From Macrostomum lignano (taxonomy: Eukaryota): a stretch of DNA of 64,000 nucleotides. Where the stretch lies: NCBI GenBank assembly GCA_002269645.1, contig NIVC01000896.1, forward strand, positions 1-64,000, read 5' to 3'. How positions within the stretch are numbered: position 1 is the first letter of the stretch; every line of letters starts with the position of its first letter. Below the pieces are notes generated by a model. The model was not told the origin of the DNA and made no database searches. It worked only from the letters and a program-made list of their open reading frames with translations. The position numbers were made by a program, and so were the translations under genes. Positions 1 to 12,960 of the stretch are shown here, one piece after another.

Positions 1-598
1 GCTTGTGTCTTAATTGGATCGTGTCTTAATCTGTACATATTTCAACAAATTATTTGACTTAGTGATTGGACTGACTATATGGACAATGATTATATTTAAA
101 AAAAGTTTTTTTTAACTTGAATATATGTTTAATAAATAATAACTAGGCCAAGTATCGCGTTACGACCCCTGGTTCGATTCTGTGCACCGTTATCGTGAGA
201 TTCAAACCCAAACGGAGGAGATGGTGTTTGCCTAAAATATGAACACAGAATAAGCAGCATTGCCTCACTGCCTGCTGGCTGTGGGATGGTCATGGTGTCA
301 GCAAAGTTGTTGCACCGCGGTGTCAACAACCCTCTCCTCCGAGTAGTGATTTTTATACCAAATTGCTTGTACTTTTACAAGCTTACTTCTCCTCTATAAC
401 AATGGTACCATATTTTCTACTTATAGTAGAGAATTAGATAGATATAAACTGCAACTGGTCCGTAAGAGCTGGGTATTTACCAATCATGTTAGCTCAGAGA
501 ATAGAATTGCAAGCATAAAATGTCTGCAACTTTTCTGCTTGCTTGTTAATTAACCCAAATAGCTATTATTCTCCTTAGGAATTTCTGCTTGTCAAACC

Positions 599-1829
599 AT
601 GCAGAGTCGAGTCGTCGTTATTAAGCTAACAACCCTAGCTTTGATCTGCTTGCTACTAGTAGCTAGAAGCAGTCAGCCTGCCAGAGTTTACACTCGCAGA
701 TACCTGGGCTGCTACGCGGACTCGACGACTCGAGACCTCCCGGGACTCGCGGTGTCACTGCTCTGCAGGGCTACTCGGTGCACTCGGTTGCTCACTGCGT
801 CGTCCTTTCCACCGCGGCGACTCTGGAGCGGTGCGGCGACATTTGCTCGCTCGGCGGGTTCTCCAACATGAGCGTCCAGATGGGCCAGGAGTGCTACTGC
901 GGCTGGAGCTACGGCAGGCACGGCCTAGCGGCTAGCGGAGCTTGCAGCCACAACTGCTTGGGAAATTCTTCGCAACAGTGCGGCGGACCCAGTGCCAATT
1001 CGGTTTACGCTCTCGAATATAGCCGTAGGTTGTGCTGAGCTAAGACTCAGCAATGGACTTCTCTGCTATTCATAAAGGGGTCTTTTTGTCTGCTTCCTAC
1101 CCAAACAGCTGGTAAAGTACATAGCGCCTTTGGCGTACATAGCGGTCCTTTAAAACTTCGCAATAGCAATAGAGCCCATAGGTTTGTCTCTTCTCAGCTC
1201 TTCTCTCACCACTCTCTTCTCAGCTCTCTTCTCTCACCTCCCTCTTCTCAGCTCTCTTCTCTCACCTCTATATTCTCATGTCTCTATTCTCATCTCATAT
1301 TCTCTCCTCTCCTCTCTCTTTTTCTCAACTTTTACTCTCCCTTCAGTTCTCTCTCGTCTCTTTCTCTCCTCTCCTTTCCTACTTCATCTCCCTACTTCTC
1401 TCCACCCCCATTGCCTCCTCTCTTCTCCTTTATTCCCTTCGCCTCTCCTTTCTCCTATTTCTCTTCCCTTCCTCTCGCCGGCAGTCATGCTGCCATGCTG
1501 CAGGTTCTTTATCTGGCCCTTGGGGTAAAAATTTTGCAGACACCTGCTCTAGAGATACCGTAGATTTAAAAGACGAAAACTCATTTTTCGATTTTTTCAG
1601 ACCCGACAATTTTCAAACTCGCCGAACGAGCCAGCATCGCCGTGCTCAGCAGCCACTCAGTCTATTGGAATATGACTGCCACCACAGCTGCCACTGCCTA
1701 CTCGGGTGCAACGCCGATTGCCAAGCGGTAATTTTCTCGCCGCTATATCAGCTGTGCAGCTTCATCAAGTTCGGCCTGGTGCCAACAGCCCTGGCTGGAA
1801 TGGATGGCGACTTTTACGTTCGTTACTGA
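599..1829 (+). CDS. Secreted WSC + PAN/apple-like protein, copy 1 (exons 599-1024, 1601-1829; two apparent 1-nt deletions at ~751 and ~1693)
   Basis: Signal-like N-terminus; YLGCYADS..RDL, C..IC..GG, QMGQECYCGWSY, C.GNSSQQCGG..ANSVY WSC pattern; phase-1 intron gtaggt...ttcag; exon 2 C-L-L-G-C-N-A-D-C...LC..KF.LVP..DGDFYVRY matches the paralogs. Restoring one G and one A gives a 218-aa ORF. Confidence 0.8.
1140..1546 (+). mobile_element. CT-rich hAT-type MITE, 5'-truncated copy (intron of WSC copy 1)
   Basis: Shares ggtcctttaaaact.c.caatag head, CT-rich core and tatctggcccttg.ggtaaaa...ttgc.gac.cctg tail with the copies at 22210 and 40058. Confidence 0.65.
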
Positions 1830-3775
1830 CGCTTGAAGACTTGCAATTGGAGACGGCACTGGAAACAAAATACCTAACTAATTCACTTAATATCCTTACT
1901 AGTTGCTCTACTTCAGCATCCAAAATTGAGACAGACTTTTAGCTTATTGTACGTGTGCGGAATCCACACTGCAAACTGCAATTTAAAAGACATCCACCAA
2001 CTTGTAAACCGTCTGCTAGTGGTTTCAACGCACTATTTCACTACTCTCATGTTCTTTGATTTTCAGCCCTTACAACTCTATAATATTACTATAAAGTAGT
2101 TAGGCTTGGAAGTAAAGGCTTCTTTTGTTTTCATTCTCTTGTTTTGCCAAGTTGTGAGGCCTCCGACTAACATTTCGCAGCTCCATCTTCAGCTGCTTAG
2201 GGTGCAGCCACTGTGTTGTCGGTTAGGTGAATATTTCATGTCCAGGTAGTTGGCTGTGAGAGGCCTTTTTTGTTTGATTCTCTTCGTAACCATGAAGGAT
2301 GCAAGCGTAACAAAAGGGGAAATTTAGTGATGCATTGAAGAGGGGCCATTCTTTAAGTCTATTGTTAATTCATGACGCTTCATTCAAAACCAGAAATTGC
2401 AGTAAGACTGGAAAGATTTTCTTTAATTGGCTGTGTTAGTAATGCAGCACTCTACTTGAATTGGTTTAGTCTGAGTTGCTAGGAGTAAAAGAAAGAGGCA
2501 TTGGGATATTTGAATAAATGCCCCATTAATTTTTTCATGTCCATTTTAAGAGCTGCTAATGCTACCTCTCTGGACCAGTAAATGCCCCATGGATAAGAAA
2601 AAATTAGTCAGTATATTTAGGTATGAAAGCTTTCGTGTTTTAAGCTATTTTTTTTTAATGTAGCCTTAAACTTTTGCCACGAAAAATCGCCTGAAAGAGC
2701 TGAAGAGTCTCGTGTCCTTGGATAAGAATTGCCATATACTACAAATAAAAAATCAATATTTTCAAGTATACCTGCGGTATTGAGAAATTTGAGGTAGGGA
2801 ATAGTGGTTTTTTTAAGTCCCATGAAGCATATTTACTGTAATACGGAAATATCTGCACATTTAGGTGTCTGGTTTTATATGAGGGTTTTTATACTCAGCT
2901 ACTCATAGTAGCCATATAATTTTCCCACTCGTACTTTGAGGAATTCATCGCAGGATAAATTAATCATGATTTTTGTAGATGAGATTAGTAGCTGAATTAA
3001 TTGAATAGAGCATTGCAAAGTAGGTAAAGTAAGTGAAAAATGAGTTATTGCAGATCATTGCTGATGCATGTACCGTATTGAAGAGTAAAAAAGCTCATTT
3101 GTGTTGTATGATGACATTCACCGTCACTGTACATTAGTCGATTCGTAAAACTTCGATGTTGGTATATAATTAGTATGTTTGGATGCACACTAAAGGTGAC
3201 TACATGTACGATATCTCTTGCTAAATTAGACACCAAAGAGTCGCTACTGGCTTTGCTCAATAATCTTTCTCATAAGCCTTTTGTCTTGTTTGTCTTTATT
3301 ATCAAGCATACAAAATCACCTCAACGGTACTTCAGCTGCACACTCCTTAATCCTTCATTGCTTTCATTGCCTATCCCTACTGCAGAAGTGCTTCACATTT
3401 CCTTTCAAATGTACAGCTTCGACTTGAAGACAAAAATTCCTTAACAATGTTGAGATCTTCTACGATTGAAGAGCTACGAGTAGCTGACGTTCTTAAAGCT
3501 TTTATTTGAAGTTCTGAGCTCTTGTTAGTTAAGCCCCTTTAAAAATGCATGCGCGTAAGTTGTGCTGCCCGATCAAGAGCATTTAAGGTGTTCCCGATTT
3601 CTCGATTCTCAGCAACCCATCAAATGTTTTAGCCCCTTGAAGAATTAAAGCTCACTTAGAAGCATTATCATCCTAAGAGCATATTCTTTGCTTCCGAAGA
3701 AAATATTATGCATTTTCATTTCACAGTTCTACTCTTAGTAGTAGAACCGCACATTAATAGTGCAAGTCCAAAGCC

Positions 3776-3782
3776 TATAAAA
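3776..3782 (+). promoter_or_regulatory. Candidate TATA box of WSC copy 2
   Basis: TATAAAA about 45 nt upstream of ATG 3828. Confidence 0.3.
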
Positions 3783-3827
3783 GTCTAAAATCAGGCGTCG
3801 CTTCCTCTCGCATCTTGCTAAGCCACA

Positions 3828-4239
3828 ATGCCAGCTATTCTTCTCAAAGCGGCCGCTTTAGCCCTATCTTTTCTGCTCCTAGCAGAGAGGAGTCTGTCAG
3901 GCAGGCTGCACAGCCGCAGCTACCTCGGCTGCTACTCTGACGGCAGTTCGCCACGCGATCTGCCCGGACTGAAGGGAGTCACTTTGCTAAAAAGCTTCTC
4001 CGTGCATTCGAATGCTCACTGCGTCATTCTGTCTTCTTCAATGACTCTGGAGCTCTGCGGCGACATCTGCTCTCTGGGAGGCTTTCCTTACATGGGCATT
4101 CAAGGGGGCCGGGAGTGCTACTGCGGCTGGAGCTACGGCAGTCGAGGCCTGGCAACATGCGGCTCATCCTGTACTGGGAACTCTTCCCAAGAGTGCGGCG
4201 GCGCGTGGGCCAACTCTGTCTACGAGTTGAAATATGAAT
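3828..4239 (+). CDS. Secreted WSC + PAN-like protein, copy 2, exon 1 (signal peptide + WSC domain)
   Basis: MPAILLKAAALALSFLLLA signal; YLGCYSD..RDL...CGDICSLGGF.YMGIQGGRECYCG...C.GNSSQECGG..ANSVY; donor gtgagc at 4240, phase 1. Confidence 0.9.
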
Positions 4240-4278
4240 GTGAGCCACTTCGGTACTCTTAGAGCCCTATAGACCATA

Positions 4279-4710
4279 GGTCACATGCGACCCGCAAAGC
4301 CTCTCTATCCGGCCCTCGGTCCTTTAAAACTTCACAATAGCAATCCGGTCCATAGGTTTGTCTCTCACCTCTCTCTTCTCAGCTCTCTTCTCTCACCTCT
4401 CTCTTCTCAGCTCTCTTCTCTCACCTCTCTCTTCTCAGCTCTCTTCTCTCACCTCTCTCTTCTCAACTCTCCTCCTCACCTCCCTCTTCTCAGCTCTCTT
4501 CTCTCACCTCTCTCTTCTCAGGTCTCTATTCTCATCTCATCTTCTCTCCTCTCCTCTCTCTTTTTCTCAACTTTTCCTCTCCCTTCCCTTCTCTCTCCTC
4601 TCTTTCTCTCCTCTCCTTTCCTACTTCATCTCCCCTCTCCCTCCCCTCTCTCCTCTCCTATTTGATCTCTCCACCCCATTGCCTCCTCTCTTCTCCTTTA
4701 TTCCCTTTAT
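4279..4710 (+). mobile_element. CT-rich hAT-type MITE, partial copy (intron of WSC copy 2)
   Basis: Head cacatgcg.cc.gcaaagcctct.tatccggcc aligns to the 22210 copy; absent from the paralogous intron of copy 3. Confidence 0.65.
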
Positions 4711-4778
4711 TTATTATTATTGTGCTATAGACACAACCATAGTGTTAACTACAGACACGACATATTTAGCTACCAAAT

Positions 4779-6255
4779 CTAAACTAAAGACTATTTAATG
4801 TCTTAAATGAATAATAATAATAATGAATAATAAAGAGAGGGGGTGGAGTGCGCGACTGAGGAAAGAGGCGAGAACGGAGAGCCAATCAGAATGCAGTCAA
4901 GGGAGAGAGAGATAAGAATAACAAGATTGAGCTAGACAGAGAGAGAGAGAAAACGGAGTAAACAGAGACAAGTGAAGGTGAACTAAGAAATGACTAGGAA
5001 AGTCGCGACACTCCCCCCAATTTGAATTTTCGAGTACCAATAGAAATTTGAATTAGAGTTCAAGAAACAACTTTAAAGCAAATTTAACAATGGTGTACAA
5101 ATACGACTAAGAATTTCAATACAAAACCTGTGGAGACTAGAGTGAATGCAAATTTGACCAAGAAATTTCACGTGTGCGATTTTAATGAATAAATTGTTAC
5201 GAGTATAACCAATGAAAAAACTGAAATAAGGCGCTTTTACCCTCCCGTTAATTTAAAAAATTAAATTAATTTAATTTTTTACATTGTGAAAGAAAAAATT
5301 GAATGACGAATTAACGAGGCGATCCGGCAGGCGATGAGCGAAGAGACGATCCGGCAGGCGAGCCCTGAGGCGCCCCGGCCGAGAATTTGAACCGAGAGAG
5401 ACCGAGGACACCGCAGGTCGCAGGACGCACCTCCGGCAGACGATGAGTGAAGAGAGTCGAGACGATCCGGCAGGCGAGCCCCGCGGCGCCCCGGCCGAGA
5501 ATTTGAACCGAGAGAGACCGAGGACACCGCAGGACGCACCCCCGGCAGACGATGAGGGAAGAGAGTCGAGACGATCCGGCAGGCGAGCCCCGCGGCGCCC
5601 CGGCCGAGAATTTGAACCGAGAGAGACCGAGGACACCGCAGGACGCAGCCCCGGCAGACGATGAGCGACGACTACATGTAGATGGAGCACCGGCAGACAG
5701 TCGAGACGAGATGAGATGGGATGAGACTGCTCCGGCCGACAGTTGACGAGATGGGAGGGCGCAGTCGACGAACGATGAGACGAGGAGACTGGTGGAGGGC
5801 TACGACGATGGCATGGCCTTTGCCAGCCTTACTGAATTGACTTATAATGACTAAATTATTTTACATTGGGCGCCATGTAGAAAAAATACTAAACTAAAGA
5901 CTATTTAATTGGAGTTAAATTGAAGGAGCAGGAGGAGCAGTCGCGACTTTCCTAGTCATTTCTTAATTCACCTTCACTTGTCTCTGTTTACTCCGTTTTC
6001 TCTCTCTGTCTAGCTCAATCTTGTTATTCTTATCTCTCTCTCCCTTGCTGCATTCTGATTGGCTCTCCGTTCTCGTCTCTTTCCTCAGTCGCGCACTCCA
6101 CCCCCTCTCTTTATTATTCTGGGCTCAACCCCCCAAAGTTAAATGTTCTATAAATATATCGGTTTGGGCCCTGCGCCCACTTACTGCTCCTCCTGCTCCT
6201 TCAATTTAACTCCAATTAAATAGTCTGTAGTCTTTAGTTAAGTATTTTTTCTACA
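4779..6255 (-). mobile_element. Non-autonomous LTR element (TRIM/LARD-like) with a rearranged, fold-back 5' LTR
   Basis: 3' LTR remnant 4779-5010 (sense start TGTCGCGAC) preceded by PPT GGGGGGAG (5011-5018); PBS TGGCGCCCAATGT (5875-5863, tRNA-Lys(CUU)-like) next to LTR end ...CTACA at 5876; near-complete LTR in opposite orientation 5940-6255; no pol motifs inside. Confidence 0.75.
5330..5665. repeat. About 3 copies of a ~112-bp GC-rich tandem repeat inside the LTR element
   Basis: gacgatccggcaggcgagccc...gagaatttgaaccgagagagaccgaggacaccgcagg repeated from ~5346, ~5461, ~5572. Confidence 0.9.
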
Positions 6256-6758
6256 ATGCTTATTTGCCTAAAGTTTATTTTTCCTTTATGATCTCTTTCT
6301 TAGGTAGATTATTGACAATCGGCATCTATAGAATTCGTATCTTTAGTGTCAATATTTAATAACAATCGACTCGGAAAATGATTTCATAGCTGTCGCTCTG
6401 CTGCTGTAATTATTTTGCCAGTCCTATCAGATCTTATTCAGAATAGGAAGACAATTGCAACAGACAAAGTTGCAATAGACTTTACGCTAGGCAAACAGAA
6501 GTATGACGGGCTCGCATGTGTATTACAGCAGTTAAGCCCTGAATATTCATAATTTAAGAGCTTAAGGCAATATGATGCATTAATTGAGTTTGCCTGCGGG
6601 TAGACTGCAACACTGGTTAGGCCAACTGGTGGGGTTTTCCTAGGTAGCTAATTAGGCTCCCCACTACAGCTCCTGTTTGAATCCGTATTTCCATCGTTCA
6701 TCTCTTTTCTATGCTTCTTTTCAAAAGAGTTTTCTACTTCTTTCTGTTTTATTTCCAG

Positions 6759-6988
6759 TCTCGGACTTCTTCAAGCGATCCAGCCGAGAGTACGTCTCCG
6801 TGCTGAGCTCCGTCTCTGCCTACTGGAATGCCAATGCCAGCAGCCCAGCAAACTGTCTGTTGCTATGCAAATCCGACTGTCAATCTGTTCTGTTTAACGA
6901 GAACCTGCAGCTGTGTAGTCTGATGAAGTTCGCCCTCGTGCCGACACCTCTGGCCAGCGTGGATGGCGATTTCTACGTTCGATATTGA
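6759..6988 (+). CDS. WSC + PAN-like protein, copy 2, exon 2 (4-Cys PAN/apple-like domain); spliced protein 213 aa
   Basis: Acceptor tttccag; SDFFKRSSREYVSVLSSVSAYWNANASSPANCLLLCKSDCQSVLFNENLQLCSLMKFALVP; 412+230 nt = 214 codons in frame. Confidence 0.88.
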
Positions 6989-8408
6989 ATGAAATCGATG
7001 GCCAAAGAGCCGCGACGAGTTAAAGTACCTGACGAGATACCTTTTAGCCCAGAGTATATTAAAATAGCTTCAGTGTAGCTACTCAGAAAATTCAGAAAAA
7101 AATTGTGTTCAAGCGATTTTAAGTTTTTATCAACTGCCTGGATTCAAAATCTTATTACAAATTGTTTTAGAAATCTTGAAGTCTTCAGCACCTAATCAAA
7201 AAGCTCTTGCTATAAATGGCTGAGTATGCATGGGCTTTGGTTTAAACTGTAACAACATTAAATCTGTTTTCTTCTCTAGACTTGTTTTTATCATAGAAAC
7301 TATCATGAATTTGAATTGGTCCCATAAATGAACCTACTAAAATTAACTAAATATGTCTCTGTCAAGCCCAAAGATACAATTCTTTTTTCTCTATCTCGTT
7401 CTTTTGTTTGCGTACATCGTCTCAAAAATAGATCGTCTGAAAAAAATAAAATATCAAAAAAGTATAACTTTCCTTTCTCGATCGCACAGCCGTAGACGAG
7501 CCGTCACATCTTTTTATTAAATTTCACCAAAATTATTTAAAAGGAAATCGACTGCAAGTTAATGCTATCTCCAAAATTCTTGACAAAAATGCATAAGTCA
7601 AATCGTAAATTTGACGGTAGAGTTTTTGGGCCCGTTCTATAACGCTTGCGTATCCTTAAATTCGAACTTACGTTGGCGCCATGATGTAAAATTTTCGGTG
7701 AAATCATCAGTTAAGACGTCTTTCATAGATTTAATAAGCTTCTGAGGCAGGGTTGTACATGTATAAATAACCTAATCATTCTACTTATAGTAATTAACCA
7801 TGTGCATTGTATCCCAACCAATCAGCAAATTTCTCCCCTTTTGTTTTAATTTATTGTATAATTTTGTTCTAAAACGTTATTTTGTTATAAATTCCATTGT
7901 TTTTTTGTTTAAACGTATGTTGCTCACCCCTCCTCCTCTTGTAAATTACTATATTAGGAAGCAGTTTAGGCTGGAAAAATAAATAACTTGTTCTCTGGTA
8001 CTGCTTAATAACTCTTAGAATTTGAAGTTCAAAAGTTCAAAATTTCAAAAGTTTAAAAGTTCAAAAGTTCAAAAACTTCCGCTAAGACTTGTTTCGCTAT
8101 TTCTTTACTGAATAGGGAGAACTAAAGGTCGTGGAGACCCAGGACTAGGAGTCAGGATACAGAGAACTTAAAGGTCGTGAAGACCCAGAACAGGAGAATA
8201 AAAGGGGAGATTTAAGGTCGTGCAGACCCCAAGAAAGCCGTGCAGGCTGATAAAACTTATTAGGCGCTAAGAAATTAGGCATTAGGGGAATAAATTCGCT
8301 ACCGCTGGACACGCTTGATCCTCGGAAAACGCAGACATTTCGAATTGAATAAGAAAAAAAACAGTGTCTTACCGCTGGGGCACTACACGCTATCACGAGG
8401 TTTCTAGG

Positions 8409-9195
8409 TGTGACGTTGCTAGTTTAAGTGGTCCCGCAAAAGGGCCGTTGGACTATAGTTTCCCTTACAATTTCTCATTTTAATTTCTCCAATAGTTTAT
8501 TTTAACGTTTACTTGTAGTAGCGTGCAAATAATCTGTATCAACTGCTAATTCACTGTGTATTTGGTAGGCCTTGCGCTCGTCTGTGAATTTTGGCACGAT
8601 CGATAATTTCAAGTTCTCTCGCCAGCCAATGAAAAATCTCCGCGTGTATATTGCTAGCCCTCTGCGCTCTTTATTAACCCCCGCCTGGCGGCGGGCTCCT
8701 CACTTCTCCTCCGGCCTTCTGTCTGCCTCCCTTCTCTCGCCTGCCTTCTGTCTCGAGCCTCCTTATCTCTCGCCACGGCTCCTCTGTCTGGCCCAGCCTG
8801 TTTACACTGCCTGCCACTGTCTGCCACGGCTAACGCCAATCTCACCACTACGCATCTGCCTCTGCTGTGCTCATCGCCGTTACTCACCACGTTGCATCGC
8901 CTTGCATCACTCGCCTGCCACTTGACTGCAATTTCTAACTCACCTTCAATTCAAAACCATTGTTGCAGCCGCCAGTGTCCCAAAGCGCAATAAGTTCTGT
9001 ATTGACATTAACCAATTTGAATATTGATCTCAACAATAAATTAACTACGGCAGTTCCCTGCCTTGTACGCCAAGTGCTCCGCTACACAATCCGCTTCTCA
9101 AGAATTGACTCGATTCATTTTGGGACTACGTCTTACGACAACTCTCGTAAAACGGCCCTTCTAAGGGTCATAGCCTCTACGCCAATAACGTGACA
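8409..9195. mobile_element. Solo LTR (787 bp) with 5-bp TSD CTAGG
   Basis: TGTGACGTT...AACGTGACA termini; ctagg on both sides (8404-8408, 9196-9200); homologous to 10920-11792. Confidence 0.85.
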
Positions 9196-9689
9196 CTAGG
9201 AAATCACGTGAATTAGGGATTTCTAGGAAAAATCGTAGCTCGAAACAGACAACGCTATTGGAAGTAGACAATTCAGTGATAGTTTAATAAGATAAAGCAG
9301 TTAGGCCTAGCACAATTTGGAGAATAAATAGCGAGATTTCAACGGGGAATCACAAGGTCTACTACACTTCTTAAATCATTGCGCAAGCGTAAATTTGCGT
9401 TCGGTGAAACTTTCGTAAGTCACTTCGGCTTGTTAAGTCCCGCCGTAAATCTAAGACAGGTCGGACCTGTCGTAAGTCACTCTTTAGTTGTAAAAATGCA
9501 CAGCGCCGAATTCATTCAGTCAAAAACTTCGCATTTTACTGTATATTTCGAGTGAATTTAAAGACTGAAAATATCAAACACTAGCGAAAATTGTTAGTTT
9601 GAATTTTAAATAGCAGAAAACACCAATTGTGTTTAAGTCAGTCACGGTAGGAGTAGCTTCATTATCCGCTACCTTTCTGTTCGACCAGC

Positions 9690-10190
9690 AGCGGTGTCTT
9701 CAGCCAGTGCGGCTTCATTTTCAGAAGTTGCTTCCATGGCTAGCGGCTGATGTTCAGGTGGAAGAGGAATGGCTCTGGCTGTGGAGCACGCAGCATGCAA
9801 CAATGATGTTGCACACTTTACTCGGATTGAACTGTAAAGCTCCTCCGCTGTGATCAAGGCATCGAAATCTCGCTTTCAAAACACCGAACGCCCTCTTGAT
9901 TGGCACGCGCGTTTTGCTCAGTCGCCGGTTGAAATTTTGCTAGGAATTCGTCTGTGGATCTTTAAATGGCGTCATCAGAAACGGTCGGAGTGGGTAGCCC
10001 GCATCTCCAACTAAAAAGCCAGCGACCGTCCCATCCGCGAGGATATATTTTAGTGCAGATTGTTGAAAAATGGAGTCGTGGCTACTGCCAGGCCACGTTT
10101 GTAAATGCGAGATTGGCACTACATACGGCCTGAACATTGATCGAGTGAAATCCCTTTCTACGAGCGTATTAATGAAGATTCCACCGTCAT
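9690..10190 (-). pseudogene. Harbinger (HARBI1-like DDE) transposase, disrupted
   Basis: RKGFHSINVQAVC, WPGSSHDS, GDAGYPLRPFLMTP, FNRRLSKTRV.I.RAFGVLKARFRCL, IIVACCVLH motifs; frameshift and stop. Confidence 0.88.
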
Positions 10191-10919
10191 CGGTACTTTA
10201 TGTCCCCATACTCTGAGACTGGCTGACCGCCTTATCAAGCCGACCTGATAACTGCTCCTCAAATATACATTCGTGTCGCAACCCGGGTCGGTTTGGGTGC
10301 CCAGTCCCGAGTACAATATGTTTTACGTAATATAACAGGCGTAGTGACGCTCTGTCTGTACTTTTATGGATACGAGCAGGCGTGACGACGCTCTGCAATA
10401 ATAGTTCGATCCCTTTGGTGTTGTGACACTCAGAGTTCACGCTGCGGCTCGAGGTGGTGTGACACTCTCAAGTGCTTCTAGTTTCGATACTGTAGGTTGC
10501 ACACACTATATAAAGTAACCGGTACAGTACTACAATAATACACAATATACAACGCTGCTGTGCTGCAGTGGTCACAGTCACAGGCGTGAAGACGCTCTAG
10601 CAATGGAACCACTGCTACGGCAAGGCCTCGGAAAAGCTGAAAAGCGAATGAACTCGGTGTCTTACCGGTGCCAGAAGCTGTGAGGCTCGTTCGAATATCG
10701 TCACCACTTGACTGCTTTATTTTGCTCGCAATAAATTGAGTCTTCGCAGAAAGAGACCGTCGATACGGCTCGTTTGAGTATCGCTAGTTTAGTTTGAAGA
10801 GCTAGGCGCGGGGCGCAACGCGGGGAGCGGGCTGGGCCAGGCATGAGCACTATTTACCACATAAACAGGGTAGAGGGGCCGACAGCGAGAGAGAGAGAGA
10901 AACGCCAAACATAAGAAAT

Positions 10920-11792
10920 TGTGACGTTGCTGTTTAAAGTGGTCCCGCAAAAGGGCCGTTGGACTACAATTTCCCTTACAATTTCTCATTTAAAATTTCC
11001 AATTGTGTATTCTCACGTTTACTTGTAGTAGCGCGCAACTAATCTGTACCAATTGCTAAATCACTGCGTACTTTGTAAACCTTGCGTACGCCTGTAGGGT
11101 CTCGCGCGATCGATAATTTCTGTTTCTTGTTTTCCCGCGCCAGCCAATGATAACTCTCCGCATATATTATGTTAACCCTCCTGCGCTCCTTTATTAACCC
11201 CGCCTGGCGGCGGGCTGGGGTTTTTTCCCCCCCTTCTGGCCTTTCGTTCGTCGCCTTCCTTCGTTCTGGCGATCCTTCGTGGCCTCTTGTTTTCCTTCTC
11301 TCTCCTGTCTGCCTCGTGCCTTCTTATCTCTCGCCACGGCCCCCTCTGTCTGGGCCAGACTGTCTACGCACTCTTGCTCCACTGTTTACTGCCGCGGGCT
11401 AACGCCCAATCTCACCACTACTTGTCTGCCTGTCTACTTGCTACTCACTGCCATTACTGTGCTCACCGCCATCACTTACCACGCTGCGTCGCCACTGCCT
11501 CTTTTGTCAACTGCTTGACTTCATAACTCCAATTACATTCAAAACCATTGTTGCAGCCGCCAGTGCCCCAGAACGCTATAAGTTTTGTATTGACATTAAT
11601 CAATTATCATATAAATAACGACAATAAATTAGCTTACGGCAGTCCCCTGCCTTTATACGCCAAGTGCTCCGCTACACAATCCGCTTCGCAAGAATTGACT
11701 TCGAAATTACTTTTGGACTACAACGACTTCACGACAATTCTCGTCAAAACGGCCCTTTTGAGGGTTGTAGTCACCACGCCAATAACGTGACA
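10920..11792. mobile_element. Solo LTR (873 bp) nested in the Harbinger element
   Basis: Same TGTGACGTT...AACGTGACA termini as 8409-9195 and colinear with it; AAAT on both sides (4-bp match only). Confidence 0.8.
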
Positions 11793-12149
11793 AAATGACC
11801 TCTCAGCCAATCAGCGCGCCCGCCGAGCAGATCCGACTGAATGGGGCTAGAAAAGAAAAACACAAAAACGCAAGCCCAGCCAACCAGTGGCCGCCGCGGG
11901 GAAAGACTCAAGCTGGGCCGAGCACCCCCCCCCCAACCAGCCAGAACTGTTCTGGCGATGGCCGCCTAGGGCGCACGCAGAAGCAACACAAAAAGTGCAA
12001 GAGAACTCCACCGGCCAGACACCACATTCGCATCATATAATTGATCTTGCCGCCAAAGCGTTTCAAGCAGCCTTGACCAATCGATATTTAAGTTGAGTGG
12101 CAATTATAAAGATAGCATACAACAGCATAAAGAGAAGCTGATACTTGGA

Positions 12150-12960
12150 ATGCAATCAATTCTAACGCAGCACAAAAACGCGCGGCGAACTGGTCTACGG
12201 CGGAACTCGAGACGCTGCAAGAAGCAACGACCGAGCGGAGAGGTTACCGGGAGAGCCCCGCAAACACTGCCGAAGCGAATTTTCGCAAAAAACGCGGATG
12301 GCAGCAAATTTCCGATATCGTGAATGCAGTCGGTGGACAAGGACGTTCTGGAGAGAACTGCCGAAAGCGGTGGTCCGACTTCAAAAGTCAACTGAAGCAC
12401 AAAGTAGCCAGCATTCGCAAGGAGCAAGCTAAGACAGGAGGCGGTCCATCACAGGCCCCACAGCTGTCGAGTTTAGAGAAGAAGGCGGTGCAGTCCATCC
12501 GAAAACAGGTCGTGAAAGGCGAGCCACGTGGTGTTAACACACTGCAGCTGCCTAAATCCAATAGTGCATCATCAAGCTCGGCGGCCAGGTACATTGATAT
12601 CGCAAGTGCGCCTGCTGATAAATCTGTCGGAGCAGTTGGCAGAAGCGCATCGCCTGAGTACGAGACAGCTGACGACGAAGAAGTGAAGAGTCTGTTGCCA
12701 ACGCCGCTGCTAAGAACACGAAGCGTCGGCCAGAGCAAAGCAAACTTGGGCTGATAGAAAGCTTGGAAATAAAACGTCTTCGGGTGGAGGAAGCTCGATT
12801 GGAAGTTGAAAACGACAGATTGTTCGTCGAGAGAGAGAGAGGCTGAAGATCGCAACGGAACGTTTAGGCGTTGAGCAGGAAAGAGTGACGATAGAAGAGA
12901 ATAATCGAGGTAATGAGAACCGTCAACAGCTTAATTTTAATGACATGATGTGTCAAAGGA
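12150..12960 (+). pseudogene. Harbinger Myb/SANT-like DNA-binding protein
   Basis: KRAANWSTAELETL...KKRGWQQISDIVNAVGGQGRSGENCRKRWSDFK...KTGGG; start ATG is one base out of frame. Confidence 0.82.

Noticed and set aside
2250-3750. Possibly a very old hAT transposase on the - strand
   Set aside because: Only scattered weak motifs (YPN, NGPS) among many stops; not supportable by eye
5271-5746. Repetitive acidic/Arg-rich ORFs on both strands
   Set aside because: Explained by the GC-rich ~112-bp tandem repeat in a non-coding LTR element; frames shift between units
8409-11792. One LTR retrotransposon bounded by these two LTRs
   Set aside because: Each LTR has its own flanking duplication, they are clearly diverged, and the interior is Harbinger sequence
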